In this document: in pieces, positions 8,368-17,994 of the stretch
How the letters are laid out: each line of letters opens with the position of its first letter
How positions within the stretch are numbered: the first letter of the stretch is position 1
Source: Nitrospinota bacterium
GTDB taxonomy: Bacteria; UBA8248
DNA length: 63,604 nucleotides
Direction of reading: 5' to 3'
NCBI GenBank assembly: GCA_036231405.1
Contig: JAZAHK010000048.1
Span: forward strand, 1 to 63,604
Made by a program: the position numbers and the translations under genes
The notes under the pieces: generated by a model
What the model was told of the DNA's origin: nothing
Databases searched by the model: none
What the model saw: the letters and a program-made list of their open reading frames with translations, nothing else

Positions 8368-11231
8368 CCCTTCCTCATCTTGTTGATATTATTTGAGAGG
8401 TTAGTTTTTATCATCAAATAATCTCTTAATACTCTCATCTGTTCAAGGGCATCACCACCTAATATTTCACTATCTATAGGCTCCCCGTGACTTATTATTT
8501 TTACATTAGAAAATTTGCCAGATATTTTTTCGGGACTAGATATTCGTATTGACTTTTCATCCACTTCTAACACTTTTACTCTGATTGTTTTTCTTTTTAA
8601 ATGCAGAGTAGCATATTCTTCAGGAAGGTCTGATTCCTTGTCAGATTCCAACTTGTAAATCCAATTCCCATCTTCTTTTTCTTGAAATTTTCCACTGATG
8701 ATTTGTGAACTTATCCCTGATTCTGGCCAGAAAGTCGGCATCTTCGTTCCCGGTAAAATTTCCTGTGGATTTTTTAACCATTGAACAATCCAGGTAGGTC
8801 TAAGTCTTTTCTTCGCTAGATTTAAATTAGGAGCTGAAGGAGGTTCCTTCCCTTCTGGGGGAGGCCATTCTCCGTGACAGGAAACACATTCTGCTTTATT
8901 AAACAATTCTTTTCCTTCACTCAATTGCTTAGTGGTAGATTTAGGTGAAAAGTGAATGTAAGGTCTCATTTTATTGTCTAGTGCAGCAAAGTATTCTACG
9001 AGTTTAGTGGAATCTTCATTAGGCATTTGAAAACTTGGCATTCTAATTTTTAGCCACGGTCTAAGAGTTACTACGTTGTTAAGGAATCCGTAGAACCAGT
9101 TGGGTTGCACTTTCTTACCTTCTCCATTCAGATAAGGAGGTGCATTGTTTTTGTCTTTATATCTTTTTAGTATTTTTCCGCCCCAATTCTCAATCACGTG
9201 GCAACCTTGACAATTATATTTTTCTAGCATTCTTCTTCCAGCCTCAACCTTAGTCTGTCTTTTATTTAAGTGATGATGAAGATTATGTGGAGCCCCATGG
9301 GGTGTCATTGATCGTAAATATGTTCTTATTTGTGTTACTTCTTTATCTGAAAGTCCAAAATTAGGCATCAATAATTTTTCACGCTCAGTTTGGAATATTT
9401 TTGGGTTTTTTAGTTTAGAGAAAGACCATGCTTCCCAAGTGTGAGGGATATCTAAAACATTTCCATAAGATAATTCCACTGGACTTTTAGTAGCAAATCT
9501 TGAAAGGTTAGGGCCAATCTTAGATAATTTTTCTGTGCCTGGAATTACATGGCAACCGTAGCAACCATTTTTCGAGACAAGATTCTTTCCACGTTTTATC
9601 GTTGCAGCATCACTAGATAGTGTGTAATTTTTCTTTTTCTTTTTTGGTGTCAAACTTAAAAGGTAAGAAGTAATCGCTTCTGATTCAGATTTTGTGAGTC
9701 TGAGACTAGGCATTTTTGTGTCATGCCAATATGCTTTCGGGTTTCTTACCCATCTATATAGCCAGTCGGTTTGAACTTTTTCCGAGAGTTTGTGTAGTGC
9801 TGGTCCAAAATCTCTATTAGAAAAAACGATAGTTCTACCATTCACTCCCTTGATTGGCTTTTTGGATAGAATGTCCTTTTTATCTCTGACGTGACAACTC
9901 AAACAACCCACAGTCTCGAAAAGCTTTTTTCCTTTTTGAATTTGAACTGAAGAACCTATAGAGCTTATTTTTTCTTTTTGTATTTTTCTTTTGCCGTTGT
10001 ACCAAATATAGCTTGCAATATCTTCGGACTCTTTTTGTGAAAAGCCATAATACGGCATTTTAGTTCTTGGATTGTAGTCTTTAGGACGTTTAATCCAAGA
10101 AACCAACCAGTCGGGCTGAACCTTTTCTTGTATTCTAGTCAGGTTAGGTCCGACCATTCTGATATCTTTTGTTCCAGGAATAAGATGACATCCATGACAC
10201 CCTAATTCTCTAATTAATGAAATTCCTTGAGAAATATGTGGTGCTTTTGGAATGTTGAAAACTTCAGTATGACAGTTTCTGCATTTGGTCTCTGTTTCCT
10301 GCCCTTTTAACAAAGGGTCTTCCCAAAATTGTACAAAACCATGGGCTTTGTCTACGGAAGTTACCGCAGCACCTTGTCCACCATGACAAGATGTACATCC
10401 TATTTTATTCATATTGTGAGTGGACTTAAGATAGAATTTTCTGTTTGGATGTGTCCTAAAAGGGTGCTTTGCATTCTCAAAACCTTTTCTGTCGATAGCT
10501 AAATGGCAGCTTTGACAACGGTCCACCCTCATAGTAGGTTCGTTGAAATTGTTCTTGTCAAATCCCCTTAGTACCAATTGTTTTATTTCGTATTTCCTAG
10601 AATTTATGGAGTCTATTCTTCTTTGCAAGGAAGAAATTTCTTTTGCAATCTCTCTTTTTCTTTTTTGTAATAATTTCAGTGGATTTAGTTTTGAATCTAT
10701 TTTTGCTTTTACTTGGTCTCTTTCTTTTTCTGCTTTTTCAGCGATGGGCTTAAGATTTCCAATTTTTTTTGCTTCTGCTACCAATTTTGATTTTAATAGG
10801 GATATATCTTTCCCTTTTCGAAGCGCTTCCTCATAGGTAAAGAATGTTTCGTCATAAATGGCTTTCGCAAATCCATATTCTTGTCCTTTCTCGAAAGCTT
10901 TTAAGTTCTTCTCTTTGAGGGTTTGTTTTAGTTTGTTTAGTACTTTGTCATTTCGTACCTTCTCCTCTAAAGAATTTATTTCTGAATCTATTTTTGTAAG
11001 AGGATTTTTTAATTCGGTTTGTTTTTTTGAAAGTTGGTTCTGGACTATTTCTTTTTCGTATTGATTAAAGGCATTTTGATAGTTTTTCCAAGGTCTTCTA
11101 GTAAATGCTTCATCCCAAACAGTCCAGGCAGTTATTAGAACAAAGATTGTCCCCAATAAAAAGAAAGGGATTGCGCTAGTTTTTTCTTCTGGTGGTTTGA
11201 AATCTCTAGAATTCATATCTATTGCTGGCAT
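8364..11231 (-). CDS. Membrane-anchored octaheme cytochrome c subunit of the Rieske/cytochrome b complex
   Basis: N-terminal TM, long coiled coil, eight CxxCH (CQSCH, CTSCH, CRNCH, CHGCH, CLSCH, CYGCH, CQGCH, CVSCH); 4-nt overlap with the Rieske start. Confidence 0.9.
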   Translation of the reverse strand: MPAIDMNSRDFKPPEEKTSAIPFFLLGTIFVLITAWTVWDEAFTRRPWKNYQNAFNQYEKEIVQNQLSKKQTELKNPLTKIDSEINSLEEKVRNDKVLNKLKQTLKEKNLKAFEKGQEYGFAKAIYDETFFTYEEALRKGKDISLLKSKLVAEAKKIGNLKPIAEKAEKERDQVKAKIDSKLNPLKLLQKRKREIAKEISSLQRRIDSINSRKYEIKQLVLRGFDKNNFNEPTMRVDRCQSCHLAIDRKGFENAKHPFRTHPNRKFYLKSTHNMNKIGCTSCHGGQGAAVTSVDKAHGFVQFWEDPLLKGQETETKCRNCHTEVFNIPKAPHISQGISLIRELGCHGCHLIPGTKDIRMVGPNLTRIQEKVQPDWLVSWIKRPKDYNPRTKMPYYGFSQKESEDIASYIWYNGKRKIQKEKISSIGSSVQIQKGKKLFETVGCLSCHVRDKKDILSKKPIKGVNGRTIVFSNRDFGPALHKLSEKVQTDWLYRWVRNPKAYWHDTKMPSLRLTKSESEAITSYLLSLTPKKKKKNYTLSSDAATIKRGKNLVSKNGCYGCHVIPGTEKLSKIGPNLSRFATKSPVELSYGNVLDIPHTWEAWSFSKLKNPKIFQTEREKLLMPNFGLSDKEVTQIRTYLRSMTPHGAPHNLHHHLNKRQTKVEAGRRMLEKYNCQGCHVIENWGGKILKRYKDKNNAPPYLNGEGKKVQPNWFYGFLNNVVTLRPWLKIRMPSFQMPNEDSTKLVEYFAALDNKMRPYIHFSPKSTTKQLSEGKELFNKAECVSCHGEWPPPEGKEPPSAPNLNLAKKRLRPTWIVQWLKNPQEILPGTKMPTFWPESGISSQIISGKFQEKEDGNWIYKLESDKESDLPEEYATLHLKRKTIRVKVLEVDEKSIRISSPEKISGKFSNVKIISHGEPIDSEILGGDALEQMRVLRDYLMIKTNLSNNINKMRKG

Positions 11232-11323
11232 TCCATCTTTTAAAATTCCGGGTTTGCTGACATCTAAATTAAAGTTTCCGGATAACGTAAATTAGAGCGG
11301 TATTTATACTCAAAAACGCTAAA

Positions 11324-11352
11324 ATTATAGGTTTCGTACAAAATTGCGTCAA
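11324..11352 (-). promoter_or_regulatory. Sigma70-type promoter of the Rieske/cytochrome b operon
   Basis: Minus strand reads TTGACG-N17-TATAAT, about 90 nt upstream of the ATG at 11231. Confidence 0.7.
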
Positions 11353-11374
11353 GTGATATAGCTAGTTATAACGA

Positions 11375-12409
11375 TTATTGAATTATGATTGCTGCTCTTC
11401 CTGTAACCAATCCTTGCTCAATTCGTTCATGGACTTTGTCTACTTCGTCTAAAGTATATTTTTCTGTAACTACAGGCCACATTTCTCCTCTTGCAACTAA
11501 ATCAAGGGAATCAATTACTTCTTGTTTTGTTGCATAACGACTCCCCAGTATTTTTCTCTCGTCTTTTAACATTTCTTTTGGATTAAACTTGAATGATGCA
11601 GATGATGTGCCTGCCATAGGGAGAAACCTTCCTCCTTTGCCGAGAGAATGAATTCCGGACTGAATAGTAGAACTCGTGCATGCAAAATCTACAATAACGT
11701 TCATTCCTTGCCCATTTGACAATTCCATAAGAGATTCGGATAGATTAACTTGACTTGCGTTCACTGAATGATGGGCGCCAAGTTCGTCGCATTTTTTCAG
11801 CTTTTTTGAGGAGATATCTACAGCAGTTACGATCGCCCCTGCCCATAATGCTACCATTACCATATGCACTCCAAGTCCCCCACCTGCACCTATAATTGCA
11901 ATATTCTCCATAGGAGAGATTTCTGCATGACGTATTACTTTGTATGGTGTTGCTATCGCGTCGGTGATAATTCCAATTTCTGCAGGGTTTTTTATATAGT
12001 CTAGTTTTTCTGGTAGCTTAATAAAATTTCTTGCAGGAAGTTTTATATATTCCGCATATCCACCATCGATATGTCTTCCAATCTGACCATTTAGGTTGTC
12101 ACAAAGGGTTTCTCTATTTATCCTGCACCATTTGCAATCTCCACAAGTTAAATAGTAAAACGCGGTGACTGGGTCCCCTACTGATAGTGAATTTACTTCC
12201 GGTCCTATTTCTGTGATCTCTGCTGTGATTTCATGTCCTATCACTATAGGAAAGTTGGATTGGATTCTTCCCGCTACAGTGTGTTGAATTGTCAATCCTG
12301 ATCCACATGCCAAAACTTTTGCGACTGCTTCGTTCTTTTTTGGTTCAGGGATAGGACGTTCTTCTAGCACAAATGGTTTTCCTGGTTCGTGCAGCACCAT
12401 TGCTTTCAT
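11375..12409 (-). CDS. Zn-binding medium-chain dehydrogenase (MDR)
   Basis: GHE motif, CGDCKWC...C structural Zn site, IIGAGGGLG. Confidence 0.88.
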   Translation of the reverse strand: MKAMVLHEPGKPFVLEERPIPEPKKNEAVAKVLACGSGLTIQHTVAGRIQSNFPIVIGHEITAEITEIGPEVNSLSVGDPVTAFYYLTCGDCKWCRINRETLCDNLNGQIGRHIDGGYAEYIKLPARNFIKLPEKLDYIKNPAEIGIITDAIATPYKVIRHAEISPMENIAIIGAGGGLGVHMVMVALWAGAIVTAVDISSKKLKKCDELGAHHSVNASQVNLSESLMELSNGQGMNVIVDFACTSSTIQSGIHSLGKGGRFLPMAGTSSASFKFNPKEMLKDERKILGSRYATKQEVIDSLDLVARGEMWPVVTEKYTLDEVDKVHERIEQGLVTGRAAIIIQ

Positions 12410-12446
12410 TTATATATCTTCCTTGAAGAGTTTTTTAGAAATGTGA

Positions 12447-13070
12447 TTACCTTTTTTGTCCATCTTCAAAACTACGCTCTAAAAATTGTCCTAGAGTACA
12501 TTGTAAAAATCCGTTTAGTCGACCGACTGGTTTTAGTTTTGTCATATCTATATATTTTCCTGTAAAAACTTCCTTGGAAACGTGAAAATAAACAACTTCT
12601 CCAATTAAAAGTGGATGATTGTTGGGTCCAAGTTCTATAACTTGACTTGTTTTACATTCAAAATGAACTGGGGAATTCTTCACTCTAGGGGCCTTTACTT
12701 TAACAGAAGGGACTGACTCGATTCCTACTTCAGAGAATTCTGAGGTCCCCTCTTCGAATCCATTGGCGGTGTCTACCATTTCTTCCCAGAGGTTTTCCGA
12801 CACTAGATTAAAGCAAAACTCGCCAGTTTCTTCTGCGTTAATTAAGGTATGCTTTTTAGAGCCATCGGGGTTTCTTGCTATTGTCAGGGATATCATCGGA
12901 GGTGCCACACAAACACAGGTGAAAAAACTGAAAGGTGCAATATTAGAGATTCCGTCCTTGCTAATCGTAGACGCCCAACCAATTGGTCTGGGAACAATTG
13001 AACCAGTTAAAATTCTGTATATCTCTGGTCTTTCTATTAGACTTGGGTCTAACTCTATATGATTTCTCAT
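12447..13070 (-). CDS. Flavin reductase family protein (DIM6/NTAB, flavoredoxin-like)
   Basis: PRPIGWAST, NIAPFSFF, KHTLINAEETGEFCFN, PVGRL. Confidence 0.88.
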   Translation of the reverse strand: MRNHIELDPSLIERPEIYRILTGSIVPRPIGWASTISKDGISNIAPFSFFTCVCVAPPMISLTIARNPDGSKKHTLINAEETGEFCFNLVSENLWEEMVDTANGFEEGTSEFSEVGIESVPSVKVKAPRVKNSPVHFECKTSQVIELGPNNHPLLIGEVVYFHVSKEVFTGKYIDMTKLKPVGRLNGFLQCTLGQFLERSFEDGQKR

Positions 13071-13120
13071 TTACTGTAATTTTCCAGATCGATTTTTAAC
13101 CCAATCCTTCGAAAGACATG

Positions 13121-14089
13121 TTAGTCAATTAGACCGACAAGCCTTAGATCAGTTTCAAGCTCTTTTCTTTCGTCTGTTGTCAAAGGAATCATTGGAGGAC
13201 GAGATGGGCCACCACTCATTCCCATGAATTCCATCCAGGTTTTAAGCGCAGGAATCGGGAATGCACCACGAGACCATGGTCCCCATATCCATTTCTCACT
13301 TAATTCGCGTATTGGACTCATAGCATCTCTAACGGTCCAAGCTTCTTCTAAATTTCCTTCGTCGATTAGGGCAGTATATTTTTGCATTTTAAGATCGTCT
13401 TTCCTTTGGTAAAGAAAAGGATCTGGGCCGCTCATAAACGTCTGTTGTTTGTGATAGGCGCGGTTGAAAAACCACTGTGTTTCCATAGGGTCACTTACGA
13501 CAATTTCTTCTCCCACGACTTTTCTTACTTCATCACAATGGTATTTAGGTTGTGCATTCTTGATGCAGCAAATACTTGCATTTTCGTCAATAAGTTGCTT
13601 GATGAGTTCAGGGCTTAGGGAATAGCCCGTAGCACCAGTGTTAAAGAGGGAAATACCTAAGTCGCTACCATCACATAGGTACTTAAAGAAAGCCTTTACT
13701 CTTTCAGGGTGTCCCTGTGCCCCTAGGTAAGGATTAGCAAGAATAGCGTATGTAGCACCTGCTTTCTCTGCAGCTTCTGTCAATTCCAATGCTTCCTTTG
13801 CAGATGTATGTCCTGTGTGAGCAATAATAGGGACGTCACCAGCTTCGTCACATGAAATTTCTTGGCCTCTTAATCTTTCTTCCTTTGTCATGCACCAGAA
13901 TTCTCCAATCATTCCACCAACAAAAAAACCTTTAATGTTAAGGTTGTCAATGTAATGCCTTATGTCTTTTCTATAAGCATCTTCGTCTATATTGTCATTT
14001 TCATCGAAAGGGTAGGGTATCGCAGCCCAAATACCGTTCATGTTTTCTTTGCAATAAGAACGAGCGTCAGATTTTTTATATTTAGCCAT
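13121..14089 (-). CDS. DHDPS/NAL-family aldolase (hydratase-aldolase-like)
   Basis: GIWAAIPYPF, GGMIGEFW, Schiff-base Lys in CCIKNA, RPPM. Confidence 0.82.
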   Translation of the reverse strand: MAKYKKSDARSYCKENMNGIWAAIPYPFDENDNIDEDAYRKDIRHYIDNLNIKGFFVGGMIGEFWCMTKEERLRGQEISCDEAGDVPIIAHTGHTSAKEALELTEAAEKAGATYAILANPYLGAQGHPERVKAFFKYLCDGSDLGISLFNTGATGYSLSPELIKQLIDENASICCIKNAQPKYHCDEVRKVVGEEIVVSDPMETQWFFNRAYHKQQTFMSGPDPFLYQRKDDLKMQKYTALIDEGNLEEAWTVRDAMSPIRELSEKWIWGPWSRGAFPIPALKTWMEFMGMSGGPSRPPMIPLTTDERKELETDLRLVGLID

Positions 14090-14160
14090 TTTTGAATAAG
14101 ACCTTTTTTTCTTAGTGAGAAGTTTATAAAGATTTAATTAAAAATTATTGTGTTAGACTA

Positions 14161-15339
14161 TCACCAATGCTCTCCATCATCTAGTGAAATCATAGGGAAA
14201 CATTTTAACTTGACCGCCTGGTTTGTTCCAAATCCATGAAGATAACTTAGCACATCACGCCAACATTTTTCTGGAGTAGGTTGATTATCAAGATGTAAAT
14301 CTCCTTTATACTCCCATATTTCCATTGCGGAGCGACATACTTTGATTGCTGCTTCTGAAGCGAAAACCTTTGACATCAATCTCCTCTTAGATTCATCAGA
14401 TTCTCTTCCTCCATGCCATGCCGCAGAATAAAGGAATGTCCTTCCGGCTTCTATTAGCATATACATTTCAGAAAGAAGCATTTGTACCCATTGGTCATTT
14501 GTTATAGGGTTTTCTTTTAACACTTTTCTAGCAAGATCATAAGCAAGACGTGCTGGTCCCATTACAGGAATGAGTGCACCACTAACCATTTTTCTGAAGA
14601 TATCAAGGCCTTTATTCCATTCTCCAAGTACATTTGTTTCAGGTACACGGCAGTCATTTAGGACCAATTCCCCGTTTTGCAATAGTCTTCTCCCAAGTTT
14701 GCTATGAGCTTCTCCTATAGAAAATCCAGGGGTATCTTTAGGAACTATAAAACCTGTGAGTCCTTCACTCATAGGTTTGCTTGGATCAGTTCTTGCGAAA
14801 ATAAAGTAATACTTCGCAAGTCCTCCGTTAGAGATATAATGTTTGGTTCCATTTAAGACATAGTCTTTTCCATCCTTTTTAGCGGTCATTCTTGGCCCTG
14901 CTATCGGTGCTTCGTAAAGCAAAAAAGAATCAGTGCCACTTTGTGGTTCTGTAATTGCGATTGCAAGAAGTGCGATCGGATCCGTTAAAAAATCATGTAA
15001 ATAACGATCCCTTTGTTCTTGAGTTGTTTCATTGCACATCAATTGAGTAAATTTGAAATTTTGATCAAGGGAGACAGCAACACCCAGATCCCCATATGCA
15101 AGTTCTTCAGATACTATGGCTTGTTGTAAGTGGTTCGCTCCATATCCGCCATATTTTTTCGGAACAGTAAGTGTTCTTATCCCTAATCCATCAAGCTTTT
15201 TAAGTATTTCCCAAGGATATGCTTCGCTTGGTTTAGACCGGATATCTCTAGTTGCAGCAATTGGGAGTATTTCTTTTTTTGCAAAATCGCGAGATATTTT
15301 TTGTAGAGTTAATTCTTTTTCTGAAAGATTTAAATCCAT
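14161..15339 (-). CDS. Acyl-CoA dehydrogenase-fold flavoprotein
   Basis: AITEPQSGTD, LNGTKHYISNG, KLGRR, SKVFASE, RD...GTNQ. Confidence 0.85.
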   Translation of the reverse strand: MDLNLSEKELTLQKISRDFAKKEILPIAATRDIRSKPSEAYPWEILKKLDGLGIRTLTVPKKYGGYGANHLQQAIVSEELAYGDLGVAVSLDQNFKFTQLMCNETTQEQRDRYLHDFLTDPIALLAIAITEPQSGTDSFLLYEAPIAGPRMTAKKDGKDYVLNGTKHYISNGGLAKYYFIFARTDPSKPMSEGLTGFIVPKDTPGFSIGEAHSKLGRRLLQNGELVLNDCRVPETNVLGEWNKGLDIFRKMVSGALIPVMGPARLAYDLARKVLKENPITNDQWVQMLLSEMYMLIEAGRTFLYSAAWHGGRESDESKRRLMSKVFASEAAIKVCRSAMEIWEYKGDLHLDNQPTPEKCWRDVLSYLHGFGTNQAVKLKCFPMISLDDGEHW

Positions 15340-15342
15340 GGA

Positions 15343-16116
15343 TTAAGCCATTAGTCTTCCCGCGTTTACCGCGATGGTCTGTCCTGTTAAATAGGAAGAT
15401 TCAGGGGCAGCAAGAAATAATATCCATCCGATCATGTCTTCTACCTCACCGATTCGACCAAGCAGAGTTGATTCTCCGATTTTTTTTCTTTCTTCATCTG
15501 TTCTGACAGCAATAACTCGTTCAGTTGCAGTTGTGCCTGGGGCGATTGCATTCACACATACCCCAAATTGTCCAAGTTCGTAGGCAAGCACCCTAGTGAG
15601 ACAGTGAACTCCTGCTTTTGCAGCCGAATAGGGTGGTGAAGAATAATTAAGAGTTGTAAGTCCTGACATAGACCCTAAATTGATTATTCGCCCGCTTTTT
15701 TGTTTTTTAAAGATAGGAGTTATGGCTTTTCCTGTTAGGAATAGACTTTTTAAATTTCTGTCTATCACGGTATCCCATTCTTCTTCAGGAGTTTCCTCAG
15801 TGGAAAGTTGTTTTGTAAAACCACCTGCAGAGTTTACCAGGATGTCAATCTTATTTTCTGATGATTGTATTTTTTCAAATGTAGTATTCACTTCGTTTGA
15901 GTTGGTTACGTCGCAATGAATATATTCTGCCTGATATCCTTCCTGTTGTATTGAAGAAGAGTTTTTTTCGCCTGATTCGTCATTAATGTCCAACAAATAA
16001 ACTTTTGCTCCCGCCCTAGCAAATTCTTCGGATGAACCTTTTCCGATTCCTTGTGCTGCTCCTGTTACTACAACTACCTGTCCAGTAAAATCAAAAATTG
16101 TTTTGTTCATGATCAA
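15343..16116 (-). CDS. Classical SDR oxidoreductase
   Basis: TGAAQGIG, VNSAG, YSAAK, NAIAPG. Confidence 0.9.
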   Translation of the reverse strand: MIMNKTIFDFTGQVVVVTGAAQGIGKGSSEEFARAGAKVYLLDINDESGEKNSSSIQQEGYQAEYIHCDVTNSNEVNTTFEKIQSSENKIDILVNSAGGFTKQLSTEETPEEEWDTVIDRNLKSLFLTGKAITPIFKKQKSGRIINLGSMSGLTTLNYSSPPYSAAKAGVHCLTRVLAYELGQFGVCVNAIAPGTTATERVIAVRTDEERKKIGESTLLGRIGEVEDMIGWILFLAAPESSYLTGQTIAVNAGRLMA

Positions 16117-16610
16117 ATATCTCCTAGCATGGTCTGAAAATTTGAATTTATAAATTTAATAGTTTTTGAAAATTCTTCGACGACAAGTACTGTTTTTAAT
16201 ACTTATGGGAATTGCAAAAAAACAGAGACTTGATTCAGCCTAAGTCTTATTTTTCAAGCAATCTAGCACAAAAATGTTGTTTTATATAATTTGTTCTTTG
16301 AATGTTTTGTTTTTTGAAATGAAAAAATAAACTATTCTTAGTGTTTAATTTGTATGTGGTTGTTTAGACTCTATTTTATGAAATTCAATAACGTATGGAT
16401 TAGTCTATTGTCTATTAGAGTCCATGCAGTCACAATGACAGTAACAGTCAGTATTAGGAGAAGGAAGTACTCTAGTTTTTTTTGCAATTTTCTCTCTATT
16501 CTAAAGGAGTTCAAATTTAGGTTGTTGTAAAAGATTTCTAAACACAATATACCCTTGAACTCAATCGTTGGGAAGGAATGTTTACTTTGTTGAAATTTTA
16601 ATAAACGGAG

Positions 16611-17171
16611 TTGATGATGGAAGAAAATAAATTTGGTCAAGTGGATATTCTCTTAACAGAATCCATAGGTGTCCCTGGGAAGAGGATTTTTAGAATCCTA
16701 GTTGATAGTAAGTCTGGATATTATGCCACTATTTGGGTGGAGAAAGAACAAGTGTTTGCATTGGCAACGACTCTCAAAAAAATTGTTTTAGAAAATAATA
16801 ACAACGAGGATGCGATAGACAAATTGTCTCAAGATAGAGAAAGAAAGGATTCGAACATCCATATTGAGTTCACCGTTTCTCACGCGAGTATTTCTTATGA
16901 AGATAAAGGAGATTTTTTTGTTTTTCAATTTTATGGATTTACAGAAGTAGACTCTGAATTAGAATCTAGTCTTCAAGACTCCTCTTCAGGAGAGGTCATG
17001 GAAAGTCCAATGCTTGAATTTTTTATTAACAGAACACTCGCGGAGACGTTTATAGAACAAAGCTTGAATGAATGTGCTTCTGGGAGAGGGACTGATTCAG
17101 TATCAAGAAATTCCCTGATTGTGTCTGGGAAGGTTAACCCAAGTACTAATGGCCATTTCCATAAACAATGA
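16611..17171 (+). CDS. DUF3090 family protein
   Basis: SIGVPGKRIFRI, WVEKEQVFALA, ASGR, terminal NGH; sits directly upstream of an SCO1664-like gene. Confidence 0.75.
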   Translation: MMMEENKFGQVDILLTESIGVPGKRIFRILVDSKSGYYATIWVEKEQVFALATTLKKIVLENNNNEDAIDKLSQDRERKDSNIHIEFTVSHASISYEDKGDFFVFQFYGFTEVDSELESSLQDSSSGEVMESPMLEFFINRTLAETFIEQSLNECASGRGTDSVSRNSLIVSGKVNPSTNGHFHKQ

Positions 17172-17202
17172 TTCTAGTTTTTTATTTTGGTCTTTCAAAA
17201 AG

Positions 17203-17973
17203 ATGAATGAAGTCGAGAAAAATCAATTAAACTTAATAGATGGTGGTTCTTTACCTTATTGTCCTGAAGAGATTGAACTTCTTCTGTTGGAGTCGAAGAT
17301 ATTAGAAGGAGGGCTAGTACAGCAAGGGTCTAATTATACTTTTATTGTTGAATTGCAATCTAAAACGTTCAACTTTTGGGGGATATATAAGCCCTTTAAA
17401 GGGGAAAGACCATTATGGGATTTTCCCTATGGGACTCTACATTATAGAGAACGCTGTTCTTATATAATCAGTGATTTTCTTGGTTGGAATATAGTGCCTC
17501 CGACCGTCATTCGTGGAGGTCCGCATGGGGAAGGATCTATGCAGTTCTGTGTCCATTATGATGGAGAGTCTAATTACTATACCCTTAGAGATTCTTACAA
17601 GGAGAGGATGATTCTTATTGCCTGTTTTGATCTCCTTGTAAACAATAGGGATAGAAAGCCAGGACATTGTTTCAGATCGACCGACGGGAAAATATGGGGT
17701 ATAGACCACGGACTAACCTTTCATGTCGAACCTAAATTGCGTTCAGTAATCTGGGATTTTTGTGGTCATGAATTGTGTCCTAAACGATTAAATGATATTG
17801 GAAGATTAGCTGCCGAATTGGAGGAAGAGAAAACTAAACTTTCAGAAGAGTTGTTGGAACTACTTGAAGAAGATGAATTTGAGATTTTCCGAAAGAGAGT
17901 TGCCGGTTTTATTAAAAATCCTAAGTTGCCTACAGTAGAAGAGTACTTAAAACAGAATAATTTGAGCGAATAA
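17203..17973 (+). CDS. SCO1664-family kinase-like protein (PI3/4-kinase fold)
   Basis: GSNYTF, IYKPFKGERPLWDFP, RE, VPPT, GPHGEGSMQ, NNRDRKPGH, IDHGLTFH; start moved to ATG 17203. Confidence 0.85.
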   Translation: MNEVEKNQLNLIDGGSLPYCPEEIELLLLESKILEGGLVQQGSNYTFIVELQSKTFNFWGIYKPFKGERPLWDFPYGTLHYRERCSYIISDFLGWNIVPPTVIRGGPHGEGSMQFCVHYDGESNYYTLRDSYKERMILIACFDLLVNNRDRKPGHCFRSTDGKIWGIDHGLTFHVEPKLRSVIWDFCGHELCPKRLNDIGRLAAELEEEKTKLSEELLELLEEDEFEIFRKRVAGFIKNPKLPTVEEYLKQNNLSE

Positions 17974-17994
17974 AATTATCAAGGAATTAATGTA

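Noticed and set aside
13121-14089. dapA assignment
   Set aside because: Lacks the DapA GTTGE and YN motifs and sits in a catabolic operon.
16226-16247. AGACTT-N10-AAGTCT inverted repeat resembling the one at 5175
   Set aside because: Arms are only 6 bp and the spacing differs; expected by chance in AT-rich DNA.
17119-17202. Long overlap between DUF3090 and the SCO1664 ORF
   Set aside because: A downstream ATG at 17203 removes the overlap and loses no conserved motif.
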